A stretch of DNA of 64,000 bases from an uncultured Chloroflexia bacterium (GCA_963821235.1 CAWGCS010000001.1:46804-110803); one strand, 5' to 3'; positions 54,886-62,930 are shown, counted from the first letter of the stretch. A program made the numbers and translations. The notes: generated from the sequence alone by a model not told the origin.

Positions 54886-54900
54886 AGAACAGACGTTCGA
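54886..54900. promoter_or_regulatory. LexA/SOS-box-like motif AGAAC-AGAC-GTTCGA, about 70 bp upstream of dnaE2
   Basis: Matches the actinobacterial SOS box TCGAAC-N4-GTTCGA with one mismatch. The extended motif ATAGAAC-N4-GTTCGAT is shared with the site upstream of imuA. Confidence 0.5.
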
Positions 54901-54970
54901 TCAGGTCAAGCCCCAGCGCGCCTCCGATGGGGCGCAACAAAACCCGCCTTCGACGCGTCACAGGTGGACC

Positions 54971-55096
54971 ATGAGCGCGCTCGCGAGGGGCAGCCGGTCT
55001 CTCCTCCCGACGCTCCTCCTCGTCGCCCTCGTGAGCGCGCTCGTGCTCGTCGTCCTCCCGGCGGTCCTCGTGGCCGCCGGCGGGACGGCCAGCTAG
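54971..55096 (+). CDS. hypothetical 41-aa single-TM peptide
   Basis: MSALARGSRSLLPTLLLVALVSALVLVVLPAVLVAAGGTAS*, the tail end of listed ORF 50891..55096. Speculative. Confidence 0.25.
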   Translation: MSALARGSRSLLPTLLLVALVSALVLVVLPAVLVAAGGTAS

Positions 55097-55208
55097 GCGA
55101 ACGATCCGCGCCGCTCCGGTTACTGGGGACCTGGGGCGGCGAATTCCTCCGGGCCCCGTTGCGCGCGTCGCGACGGGGCCCGCGAGATTCCCGCGCTACG
55201 ATGCGGCC

Positions 55209-55727
55209 ATGCGACGCCGCCGCGCCCCGCTGCTCCTCTCCGCCGCCACCGCCGTCCTGGCGATCGCGACCGCGGCCTGCGGGACCGCGCCGACGCCCAG
55301 CCCGGCGCCCACAACGGCCACCCCACCGGCGCCGACGAAGGTCCCCGGCGACGTCCGGACGCCGGGACCCGAGCCCGGCACGTTCACGACGGCCTGGGGA
55401 GCGGCCTGGGACGCGCTGCCGGCCGGCTTCCCCGTTCCCGCCGGCGCCGAGCCCGCCAGCCCCGGCGACCCGGCCGATGGACCCGTCTCCGGCGCCTTCG
55501 TGACGAACCGCGCTCCCGACGAGGTCACCACCCTCATGCAGAACGCCCTCGCCGCCGCGGGCTACAGTACGAACACGCTCAGCGGGCCGGCCGAGGACGG
55601 GAGCCTCGTGATCGACTCGGCGGGCGGCGGCGGGGATCCCGCCTGTCGGGTGCAGACCCGGGTTCGGCCCCTCGGCGGGACGACGATGATCACGGTGCTC
55701 TTCGCCGCCGCCTGCCCCTGGGGCTGA
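55209..55727 (+). CDS. putative secreted protein or lipoprotein
   Basis: MRRRRAPLLLSAATAVLAIATAACG signal with a Cys, then a PT-rich segment and a ~110-aa domain. Confidence 0.5.
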   Translation: MRRRRAPLLLSAATAVLAIATAACGTAPTPSPAPTTATPPAPTKVPGDVRTPGPEPGTFTTAWGAAWDALPAGFPVPAGAEPASPGDPADGPVSGAFVTNRAPDEVTTLMQNALAAAGYSTNTLSGPAEDGSLVIDSAGGGGDPACRVQTRVRPLGGTTMITVLFAAACPWG

Positions 55728-55756
55728 CCGGCAAGGGAGACGGAGGAGGAACGACG

Positions 55757-55891
55757 ATGGGACCCACGCCGCGCGAATGGCTGGGGGCCGGCCTCCTCGC
55801 GATCGTCCTCGTGACCCTGCTCGTCGTGCTCGTCGCGCTCGGCTGGTCCGGCCGGGAGGCGGCCGAGGCCGCGGTCGCCGCCATCGCCTAG
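55757..55891 (+). CDS. hypothetical 44-aa single-TM peptide
   Basis: MGPTPREWLGAGLLAIVLVTLLVVLVALGWSGREAAEAAVAAIA*. Strong SD GGAGGAGG 8 nt upstream. Not in the ORF track (too short). Confidence 0.3.
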   Translation: MGPTPREWLGAGLLAIVLVTLLVVLVALGWSGREAAEAAVAAIA

Positions 55892-56469
55892 CGGCCGGCG
55901 ACGGGGCCGGGCGGGCGCAGCGCAGCCGCCAGGACCGCCACGCCGTAGCGGAAGGCTCCCTCGACGTCGCCCCCCAGGCCGAACCCCTCGGCCAGCTCCA
56001 TGCTCGTGAAGCCATGCACGTACGCCGTGAAGAGGCGAGCGGCGTCGAGCGCCCGGGCCGGACCCACCAGCCGCGTGCAGGCGTCGAGGACCGGGCCGAT
56101 CGCCACCGCCCCGAGCTCGGTCGGGGGTCGATCCGCGGCCGGGAACGCGCCGAAGAGGTGACGATAGGCATTCGGCGACCGGTGGGCCCAGGCCCGGAAG
56201 GCCAGCGCCATCGCCCGCAGGCCCTCGGCCGGGTCGCCCGGCTCGCCGGCGGCCGCGAGGACCGCCCCGACCTCGACCATCGCGTCCTCGGCAACGGCCC
56301 GCAGGAGGGCTGCCCTGCTCGGCACATGCTTGTAGAGCGAGGGAGCCCGGACGCCGACGGCCGCGGCCACGGCCTGCATCGTGACCTTCTCCGGGCCGCC
56401 GGACTCGAGGAGTGCGCGCGCTGCCGCCACGATCTCGCCGTCGGTGGTGCGGGCGGGGGCGGGGCTCAT
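55888..56469 (-). CDS. TetR/AcrR-family transcriptional regulator
   Basis: N-terminal HTH (VTMQAVAAAVGVRAPSLYKHV) plus a ligand-binding domain. 193 aa. Confidence 0.8.
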   Translation of the reverse strand: MSPAPARTTDGEIVAAARALLESGGPEKVTMQAVAAAVGVRAPSLYKHVPSRAALLRAVAEDAMVEVGAVLAAAGEPGDPAEGLRAMALAFRAWAHRSPNAYRHLFGAFPAADRPPTELGAVAIGPVLDACTRLVGPARALDAARLFTAYVHGFTSMELAEGFGLGGDVEGAFRYGVAVLAAALRPPGPVAGR

Positions 56470-56480
56470 GCCGAGAGTAT

Positions 56481-56532
56481 AGGCTATTGACAGTAGCCTT
56501 GGGATGCCCGATGATGGCTACGAACAGTAGCC
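56481..56532. promoter_or_regulatory. two tandem operator-like inverted repeats GGCTA-N7-TAGCC (aGGCTAttgacagTAGCCt and tGGCTAcgaacagTAGCCt) in the tetR / MBL divergent intergenic region
   Basis: Read from the sequence. The centres are 34 bp apart. The first repeat contains a TTGACA -35-like hexamer and the second overlaps the MBL start codon. This is the lowest-GC stretch of the locus. Confidence 0.45.
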
Positions 56533-57326
56533 TATCGGCGCGGCGCATCGCGGCCGCAGGCCGGCACCAGGGAGAATCGGTGGAGATCGCACCCGGCATC
56601 CGGAGGCTCGGCGAGGGCCTCATCAACGTCTACCTGCTCGAGGAGGCGGGCGAGATCACGGTCGTCGACGCCGGCCTGCCCGGCCACTGGAAGGAGCTCG
56701 GGACCGAGCTGGCGGCGATGGGCCGGACGCTCGACGACGTCCGCGCCCTCATCCTCACCCACGCCCACTCGGACCACGTCGGCTTCGCCGAGCGGATCCG
56801 CCGCGAGGGCGCGGTCCCGGTCAGCGTCCACGTCGACGATGCCGCGCTCGCCCGCGGCGAGGTCAAGCAGGTCCGCGACGAGCACGGGCCCGGGTACGCC
56901 GGCTGGAGCATCCGGGCCCTGCTGGGGTTCGCCGTCTTCGGCCTCACCCACGGCGGGATGAAGGTGACGCCGATCGCCGAGGTCGCCACCTTCGCCGACG
57001 GGGCCACGCTCGACGTGCCCGGCGCCCCGCACGTCGTCCATGTGCCCGGGCACACGGCCGGCAGCGTCGCCCTCCACCTCCCGGGTCGCGACGCCATCCT
57101 CGTCGGCGACGCCTTCGCCACGCGGAACGTGGTCACCGGCCGTCGCGGGCCCCACTTCGCGACGGCGTTCAACGCCGACAACCGGCTCGCCGCGGCATCG
57201 CTGGCGCGCCTCGACGGGCTCGCCGCGCAGCTCGTCCTGCCGGGCCACGGCGACGCCTGGCGGGGTGGGCTGGAGGAGGCCGTGCGCCTCGTCCGGGACA
57301 GCGTCCCGCCCAGCCTGCGGGCGTGA
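56511..57326 (+). CDS. MBL-fold metallo-hydrolase
   Basis: THAHSDHVG (HxHxDH) motif with downstream His/Asp ligands. Start at MMATNS. Confidence 0.8.
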   Translation: MMATNSSLSARRIAAAGRHQGESVEIAPGIRRLGEGLINVYLLEEAGEITVVDAGLPGHWKELGTELAAMGRTLDDVRALILTHAHSDHVGFAERIRREGAVPVSVHVDDAALARGEVKQVRDEHGPGYAGWSIRALLGFAVFGLTHGGMKVTPIAEVATFADGATLDVPGAPHVVHVPGHTAGSVALHLPGRDAILVGDAFATRNVVTGRRGPHFATAFNADNRLAAASLARLDGLAAQLVLPGHGDAWRGGLEEAVRLVRDSVPPSLRA

Positions 57327-57721
57327 CCAGGCGCGAGCGCATGGCGAACCACCCGCTCAACCTCGCGCTGCGCTTCGTCCTCGAGCTGGCCGCGCTCGCC
57401 GGGCTGGCGATGCTCGGCTGGGCGCTCGGCGGCGAGGGCTGGCGGCTGCTGCCGGCCATCGCGGTCCCGTTCGCCGCCGCCGCCGCCTGGGGCACGTTCC
57501 GGATCCCCAACGACCCTGGGCGGGCGCCGGTCCCGGTCTATGGCCCCGTCCGCCTGGCTCTCGAGGCCGCGGTCTTCGCGGGCGGGGTCGCCGGCTTCGC
57601 CGTGGCCGGCCAGGGGACGGTGGCGCTCCTCGTCGGGGCGGTGACGGGCCTCCACTACCTCGCATCGTATGACCGGCTGATCCGGCTCCTCCGCAACCTC
57701 GCGGTGGCGCCTCAGTCGTAG
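57323..57721 (+). CDS. small membrane protein (YrdB/DUF2568-like, 4 TM)
   Basis: 132 aa, hydrophobic. The GTG start overlaps the MBL stop (GTGA). The family assignment is tentative. Confidence 0.5.
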   Translation: MTRRERMANHPLNLALRFVLELAALAGLAMLGWALGGEGWRLLPAIAVPFAAAAAWGTFRIPNDPGRAPVPVYGPVRLALEAAVFAGGVAGFAVAGQGTVALLVGAVTGLHYLASYDRLIRLLRNLAVAPQS

Positions 57722-57960
57722 AGGCGCTCCAGGTGCCAGGTGCCGTCGACCCGGTCGAGGTAGACGAGGGCGAGCCAGCGGGCGCCGACGACCTTGAAGT
57801 AGTCGCGGGCGATCGGGCGACCCCACCAGGCATCCTCGACCCGCCAGCGGGTGCAGACCTCGACGGGCTCCCGGCGGTCGGCCCAGGCGATCGCGACGAC
57901 GCGGCCGGCCGCGTCGACCTCCACCTCGACGGGCGGGTGCTCCCGCAGGAGGCGGGTCAC
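57712..57960 (-). CDS. small conserved protein (82 aa) translationally coupled to imuB
   Basis: MTRLLREHPPVEVEVD...TRWRVEDAWWGRPIARDYFKVVGARWLALVYLDRVDGTWHLERLYD. Its GTG start overlaps the imuB TGA stop (GTGA). It is Trp-rich and not low-complexity, so it looks like a real fold. Confidence 0.55.
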   Translation of the reverse strand: MTRLLREHPPVEVEVDAAGRVVAIAWADRREPVEVCTRWRVEDAWWGRPIARDYFKVVGARWLALVYLDRVDGTWHLERLYD

Positions 57961-59273
57961 GGAGCGGCCCGTGCGCCGGCCGCGAGCCCGGTTGCGGCAC
58001 CCCCGTCGGCGGTCACCGGGTGCCAGCTCCAGCGCGTCTCGGGAAGGAGCGCCTCCGGGTCACCGAGCGTCACCCGTCCCACCCGGCCCTCGCCGAAGCG
58101 CACGGCGAGCCGGGCGAGCTGCCAGCCGAGCCGGGCGGCGGCGTTGGCCTGGGGCGCGAAGAGGGCGAGCTGGTGGCCGGCGGCCGCGACGATGTCGAGG
58201 AGCTCGAGCTCCAGGCGGGCGACCGGCGCCGTCGGCGGCTCCCGCTCCAGGCGCTCGAGGAGGAGCCGCTCGATCGCCTCGGGGTCGGCGGTCGGCTCCG
58301 GGAGGCGTTGCGTCACGACCACCGTGGGGAGATCCGCTCCCGGGAGCGGCAGGTGGCGCGGGGAGAACGTGGGGTCCAGGGTGGCGGTCAGCCGGGCGCG
58401 GCCGGCGGCCTCGCCCCGGGCGTCGAGCTGGGCGGCGAGCGCGCCGGCCAGGCGCCGCAGGACGAAGCGGAGCGCGTCGAGGCCGGCGACGGGCTCGTCG
58501 AGGGCGAGCCCGAGCGTCAGCCGCTCGGGAGCCCGGCGGGGGCGGAAGGGGTCGGTCTCCAGGCCGCTCGCCCGGGCGTGGAGGCGGCCTCCCTCCTCGA
58601 TCCCGAAGCGGGCGACGAGGGCCGAGCGCGGCAGCGCGGCGACCGAGCCGATCGTGGCCAGCCCGAACCGGGCGAGCCGGCCGCGGACCTCGGGGTCGCG
58701 GGAGAGGGCCGAGGCCGGGAACGGGGCGAGGAAGGCCGCGTCGTCTCCCGATCGGACGAGGATCGCCGGCACCGACCTGGGTCCGGGGCCGGTGGCCGCG
58801 GCGAGGGCGGCCGCGAAGCGCGTCCCGGCGATCCCCGCCCGCGCCGTCCCGGGCAGGAGCGGGGCGAGGGCCGCCCGGACCTTGCCGACGAGGACCGGCT
58901 CGGACCCCCAGAGCGCCTCGAGGCCGTCGACCTGGACCTCGAGCGATCCGAAGGCCCGGTCGGCCGGGTCCGTCGCGCCGGCGACCCCCGGGCTGAACGC
59001 CGCCAGGGCGTCGAGCGCCGCCTCCACGGCCGCGGCGTCAGCGGCCGGGTCGGGCGGGACGAAGGCCGCCTCCGGGACCAGCCGGTGCGCCTGCCCGAGG
59101 GGGATCCCCCGGCGAACCCCGAGGGCGAGCGCGGCCGGGCTGGCGTCGAGGACGGCGCCGTCATCCCACGGCCGCCCGCCGAGGATCAGCGGGCCGGCGG
59201 CGGGGATCCCGGGATCGCGCATGCGTGCGAGCCGGAGGGCGAGGTGGGGCCAGGCGAGGTGGAGGAGGCGCAT
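57957..59273 (-). CDS. imuB: ImuB-like catalytically inactive Y-family DNA polymerase
   Basis: The N-terminus MRLLHLAWPHLALRL follows the ImuB pattern (Y-family fold without the DxD catalytic acids). 438 aa. Lies downstream of imuA. Confidence 0.75.
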   Translation of the reverse strand: MRLLHLAWPHLALRLARMRDPGIPAAGPLILGGRPWDDGAVLDASPAALALGVRRGIPLGQAHRLVPEAAFVPPDPAADAAAVEAALDALAAFSPGVAGATDPADRAFGSLEVQVDGLEALWGSEPVLVGKVRAALAPLLPGTARAGIAGTRFAAALAAATGPGPRSVPAILVRSGDDAAFLAPFPASALSRDPEVRGRLARFGLATIGSVAALPRSALVARFGIEEGGRLHARASGLETDPFRPRRAPERLTLGLALDEPVAGLDALRFVLRRLAGALAAQLDARGEAAGRARLTATLDPTFSPRHLPLPGADLPTVVVTQRLPEPTADPEAIERLLLERLEREPPTAPVARLELELLDIVAAAGHQLALFAPQANAAARLGWQLARLAVRFGEGRVGRVTLGDPEALLPETRWSWHPVTADGGAATGLAAGARAAP

Positions 59274-60306
59274 CGATCGATCCCTGGTGCTCCGACGGGG
59301 TGGATGGGACGGCAGGAGCGGCGGCGGGAGCGGTCCTCGCGACGGCTTCGACGAGGAGGTCGTCGCGGGCGAGGCAGCGATCGTGCGGCCCGCCCTCCGC
59401 GTAGAGGAGACGGAGGGCCACCCGCCGGCCCGGCGCCCCGTGGCGGTCCTTCACGACACGGACCTCCGTCCGCTGGCCCACGACCTCCCGTCCGAGGCGG
59501 ATCCAGTCGCGGCGCCGCAGCTCGAGCCGGAGGCCGGCGCCCTCCTCGAGGGCGGCCCGGAGCCCGGTGGCCGTTCCGGCCGGCTCGAGGACGAGGAGGA
59601 GCGCCCCGGCCCGCCGGGCGAACGCGACGAGCCGCGCGAGCTGGTCGGCCGGGCGAGGGCGGCGGCGTCCCCGGGGGTCGCCACGAGGCCCGGTCGCGGT
59701 CGCGTCCGAGGCAGGCCGGTCCCGCGCTCCGGCGAGGTCGAGGACGAGGACGTCGACGGCCCTGCCCTGGAGGAGCGCTCCGGCCATCCCGAGGGCTTCG
59801 TCGGCCGACCCGGGGACGAGGACGGCAAGCCACTCCAGCCGGACGCCCCGGGCGACCGCCTCCACGGGATCGAGGGTCCGGGGGAGGTCGACCCAGGCCA
59901 CGAGGGCGCCGCGGGCCTGGGCCTCCGCGACCGCCCGGAGGGCGAGGGTCGTCGTCCCGCTCGACCCCGCGCCCCGGAGGGCCACGGTGGCTGCCCGCGG
60001 CAGGCCGCCGGTCGCAAGCAGCGCGTCGAGCTCCGGGAAGCCGGTGGGGATCGCCCGGTCCGCGTCCAGCGCCGGGGCGGCGGGCGGCAGGCGGAGGCGG
60101 TCGGCGCCGCCGGGCAGCGGGACGAGGGACGGGCGTGCCGGGTCGGGCGGCACGGGGGCCGGGAGCGCGGTGACCGCCCCGGCCTCCGCCGGGAGCGGGA
60201 CGGTCGCGAGCGCCCCGAAGACCTCCGTCGCCGGCCGCGGCGCAGCCGCTCCCCAGCGGGCCCGGAGGCCCGCGAGGACGGCGGTGCGGTCGGGGTGGCG
60301 GTCCAT
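59161..60306 (-). CDS. imuA: ImuA (RecA/SulA-like) cell-division-inhibitor-family protein of the mutasome cassette
   Basis: GFPELDALLATGGLPRAATVALRGAGSSGTTTLAL...VLDL has P-loop RecA/SulA-like features. Start at MDRHPD (60306). A low-complexity C-terminal tail overlaps the imuB 5' end by about 113 nt. Confidence 0.7.
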   Translation of the reverse strand: MDRHPDRTAVLAGLRARWGAAAPRPATEVFGALATVPLPAEAGAVTALPAPVPPDPARPSLVPLPGGADRLRLPPAAPALDADRAIPTGFPELDALLATGGLPRAATVALRGAGSSGTTTLALRAVAEAQARGALVAWVDLPRTLDPVEAVARGVRLEWLAVLVPGSADEALGMAGALLQGRAVDVLVLDLAGARDRPASDATATGPRGDPRGRRRPRPADQLARLVAFARRAGALLLVLEPAGTATGLRAALEEGAGLRLELRRRDWIRLGREVVGQRTEVRVVKDRHGAPGRRVALRLLYAEGGPHDRCLARDDLLVEAVARTAPAAAPAVPSTPSEHQGSIDAPPPPRLAPPRPPARTHARSRDPRRRPADPRRAAVG

Positions 60307-60321
60307 CGGATGCTCAACAAT

Positions 60322-60336
60322 AGAACATCCGTTCGA
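60322..60336. promoter_or_regulatory. LexA/SOS-box-like motif AGAAC-ATCC-GTTCGA immediately upstream of imuA
   Basis: Same extended motif ATAGAAC-N4-GTTCGAT as upstream of dnaE2. It sits in a locally AT-richer stretch. Confidence 0.5.
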
Positions 60337-60433
60337 TGATTGGAAGAGGCTTGTGGACCAGGATTCGACGGCGACAGGCCCCCGGGCGTCGACCCCGGAC
60401 CGCCCAGATCGCTCCGCCGCGGGCGTCGTTCCC

Positions 60434-61324
60434 CTACCCCAGGGCGATGAGGAAGACACTCGCCAGCACGAGCCCGAGACCCAGCCACTGCACGGCCCGC
60501 GGTCGCTCGCCGAAGAGCAGCACCCCGGCCGCGACCGCGATCACCGGCCCGAACGAGCTCGTGATGCCGATCAGCCACGTCTGCGAGATCTCGAGGCCGA
60601 CCGCGAAGACGATGAAGCCCCCGATGTCGAGCAGGCCCGCCGCCACGACGAGGCCGATCGCCCGGCGGTCGATCGACCGTCCTGCCGCCGACGCCGGATC
60701 GGCCGGCCGCACGAGCCTCGAGGCGCCGAGGATGAGCCAGACCGTCCCCGCGTTCGCGATCCGGGCCAGGAGGAGGACCGGCAGCCAGCCCGCCGAGCGA
60801 ACCGGGCCCGACATGACCACGGTCAGCGCGGCGAACGCCATGAGCGCCACGAGCGCGAAGGCGATGCCCTGCCCTACGGGCCGAGCCCGGCGCAGGCCCC
60901 GGTCGAACGTCACCGAGGCGAGGACCACGCCGCCCGTCGCGGTCGCGACGCCGACCACCTGGCCCGCCGCGAGCGACTCCCCGAGCAGGAGCACGGACAG
61001 CACGACCGTCAGCCCGCCGTAGGTCGAGACCACGGGGCTGACGACCGTGATCGGGCCGTGGCGGAGCGCGGTGAAGAACGCCAGGTAGGCCACCGCGGCC
61101 ACCACCCCGCACGCCAGCGCGGTGACGACGGTGCCCGCATCGCCCAGCAGGGTGGCCCTCGTGCCGAGGAGCAGGATCGCGAGCACCGCGACCGAGGTCA
61201 GCTGGGTCCCGGCCGTTGCCCGGAGGCTCCCGACGCGCCGGCTCGCCACGGTGGCGACGGTGTCGGTGAGGCCCCACGCGACGGCCGCGCAGAGACCGAG
61301 GAGGAGGCCGGCAGGATCGTGCAT
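60434..61324 (-). CDS. DMT-superfamily (EamA-like) transporter
   Basis: 296 aa with 10 TM and two EamA repeats. Confidence 0.7.
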   Translation of the reverse strand: MHDPAGLLLGLCAAVAWGLTDTVATVASRRVGSLRATAGTQLTSVAVLAILLLGTRATLLGDAGTVVTALACGVVAAVAYLAFFTALRHGPITVVSPVVSTYGGLTVVLSVLLLGESLAAGQVVGVATATGGVVLASVTFDRGLRRARPVGQGIAFALVALMAFAALTVVMSGPVRSAGWLPVLLLARIANAGTVWLILGASRLVRPADPASAAGRSIDRRAIGLVVAAGLLDIGGFIVFAVGLEISQTWLIGITSSFGPVIAVAAGVLLFGERPRAVQWLGLGLVLASVFLIALG

Positions 61325-61446
61325 CGCCCGAGCGTACGGGTCGGCCGGGGCGTCCGCCCGCCCGGCGCGCCTCCCGGGACGGGCTGGTCCCCGTGCTACA
61401 CTTCCGGCCGGCGATCCCGCCCCAGCGCGCGGGATGCGCCTCGCGT

Positions 61447-61522
61447 GGGGATGTAGCTCAGCTGGGAGAGCACCGCGTTCGCATCGCGGGGGTCAGGGGT
61501 TCGAGTCCCCTCATCTCCACCA
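61447..61522 (+). tRNA. tRNA-Ala (anticodon CGC), 3' CCA encoded
   Basis: Manual cloverleaf fold. Acceptor GGGGATG/CATCTCC with the Ala identity pair G3:U70. D-arm GCTC/GAGC. Anticodon stem CCGCG/CGCGG with loop TTCGCAT. T-arm AGGGG/CCCCT with loop TTCGAGT. Confidence 0.9.
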
Positions 61523-61673
61523 CTTGCTGGTCGATGCCATTCAGGTTGGCCGCTGCGTTCCGTCCCCGAGCCACGGGGAGCCGGGGCAGCCCGAACGTCG
61601 TCGCCGTCCCGGGCGCGGCGTCACCCCCGGGAGGGGGCCCGGGGGGACGCATTCGACCGGTGACGGGATCGGC

Positions 61674-62156
61674 CTAGTCGTCCGAGCCAACGCTGGCGGC
61701 GCTCGCCGCGCTGTCGACGCTGGCCACGGTGGCGACGCTGTCGACGCTGGCCACGGTGTCGACGCTGGCGGCGCTGGCCACGGTGGCGACGCTGGCCACG
61801 GTGGCGACGCTGGCGGCGCTCGCCGCACTGTCGACGCTGGCGACGCTGTGGACGGAGGTCGCGGTGGCCTTCGAGGTGGCCTTCGGGGTGGCCGAGGGCT
61901 CCTCCTGGACCACCGGCTGCGCGACGACCCGGGCCAGGTCCGGCGACGCGGGGTCGACGGAGTGCGCGGGGGCCTTCGTCGCCCGGGCCGCGACCAGGAG
62001 CACGGGGTCGGCAGCCGCTTCGGCCCGGCCTTCCCTGACCTCGATGGTCTGCACGGCGCGATCCAGGCTGGACGCCGAGGCGAACGAGAAGCCCCCGACG
62101 GTCAGGCCTGCCACCAAGCCGGCCGCTCCGGCGACTTTCCAGTTGAGCTGCTTCAC
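61674..62156 (-). CDS. secreted or membrane-anchored protein with a Ser/Val/Ala-rich tandem-repeat tail (paralog A)
   Basis: MKQLNWKVAGAAGLVAGLTVGGFSFASA signal/anchor, then a conserved ~45-aa block and (SVATVA)n repeats. GTG start with GGAGA SD. The N-terminal ~50 aa are paralogous to the gene at 62432..62875. Confidence 0.6.
   Translation of the reverse strand: MKQLNWKVAGAAGLVAGLTVGGFSFASASSLDRAVQTIEVREGRAEAAADPVLLVAARATKAPAHSVDPASPDLARVVAQPVVQEEPSATPKATSKATATSVHSVASVDSAASAASVATVASVATVASAASVDTVASVDSVATVASVDSAASAASVGSDD
61690..61855. repeat. imperfect ~18-bp tandem DNA repeat (GACGCTGGCCACGGTGGC-like), in-frame within paralog A
   Basis: Read from the sequence. It encodes the SVATVA repeat. 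Confidence 0.6.
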
Positions 62157-62431
62157 GGTGATCTCCTCTGCTGTTCGTTCGGTCTGTCAACGGGGGGCGC
62201 GACCAGATTGGCTCCATCGTCGCGGCGGCCCCTGATGACCTGGTGAGGCGATCGTGAGAACCCTCTCAGCCATACGGGCGGCCCGGCCGGCACCCGGACC
62301 CGCCCTCCAACAGCGAGTCGACCGCGACGGCCACGCGGAGCGGGCCGTCCGGATATCGAGCTGCAGCGGGCAGAGCACCGCCCCCGGGTGGGGCTCCCGA
62401 GGGCGGCGTAATCGAAGGCGGGACGGCGTGA

Positions 62432-62875
62432 TCAGTCCTCCGGGTCGTCGGGGTCGTCAGCGTCGTCGGGGTCGTCAGCGTCGTCGGGGTCGTCAGCGTC
62501 GTCGGGGTCGTCAGCGTCGTCGGGGTCGTCGTCGGAGGCGAGGACGGTCCTCGGGGTGGGCCCGGGGGTGGGTCGCGGGGTGGCTTTCGGCCGCTCCGCC
62601 ACGACCGGCGGCGCGACCACGGCGGGTGTGCTGGGCGGCGCAGGCCCGAGGGAGGGGGTCGGGGAGGCCGGAACGCCGCCGTTGTGCGCTGGCGTTGTGG
62701 GGCCGTCGACGACCAGAAGCTCGGGCCTAGGGGTCTCCGCCGCCTGACTCTCCTGGAGCTCGATGGCCTCCACGGCAAGGTCTCCACCGGACCGCGAGAC
62801 CATCGAGAGCCCGCTGATCGTCAGCCCGATGACCAGGCCGAGGGCCCCGGTGATCTTCCAGTCTGGAGGCTTCAT
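62432..62875 (-). CDS. secreted or membrane-anchored protein with an acidic DDPDDA tandem-repeat tail (paralog B)
   Basis: MKPPDWKITGALGLVIGLTISGLSMVS signal/anchor, a conserved block, a PT-rich linker and (DDPDDA)5. ATG with AGGGAG SD. The 5' UTR and start context (GATCACC-ATG/GTG-AAGC) are shared with paralog A. Confidence 0.6.
   Translation of the reverse strand: MKPPDWKITGALGLVIGLTISGLSMVSRSGGDLAVEAIELQESQAAETPRPELLVVDGPTTPAHNGGVPASPTPSLGPAPPSTPAVVAPPVVAERPKATPRPTPGPTPRTVLASDDDPDDADDPDDADDPDDADDPDDADDPDDPED
62443..62532. repeat. five near-perfect copies of an 18-bp tandem repeat (CGTCGTCGGGGTCGTCAG), in-frame within paralog B
   Basis: Read from the sequence. It encodes DDPDDA. Confidence 0.65.
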
Positions 62876-62930
62876 GGTGATCGCTCCCTGGCGGTTCGCT
62901 CGCCCTTCTGCTCGGATCGGAGGCCCGGTG

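Noticed and set aside
54906-56327. 473-codon minus-strand ORF
   Set aside because: It is Arg-rich and overlaps the better-supported lipoprotein, mini-ORF and TetR genes.
61447-61522. tRNA-Ala as an integration hotspot or genomic-island boundary
   Set aside because: No integrase, no direct repeat of the tRNA 3' end, and no GC-content shift in the flanking DNA.
61690-62532. Possible CRISPR array, given the short direct repeats
   Set aside because: The units are 18 bp, contiguous, lack spacers, and are in-frame coding repeats of two secreted proteins. No cas genes are present.
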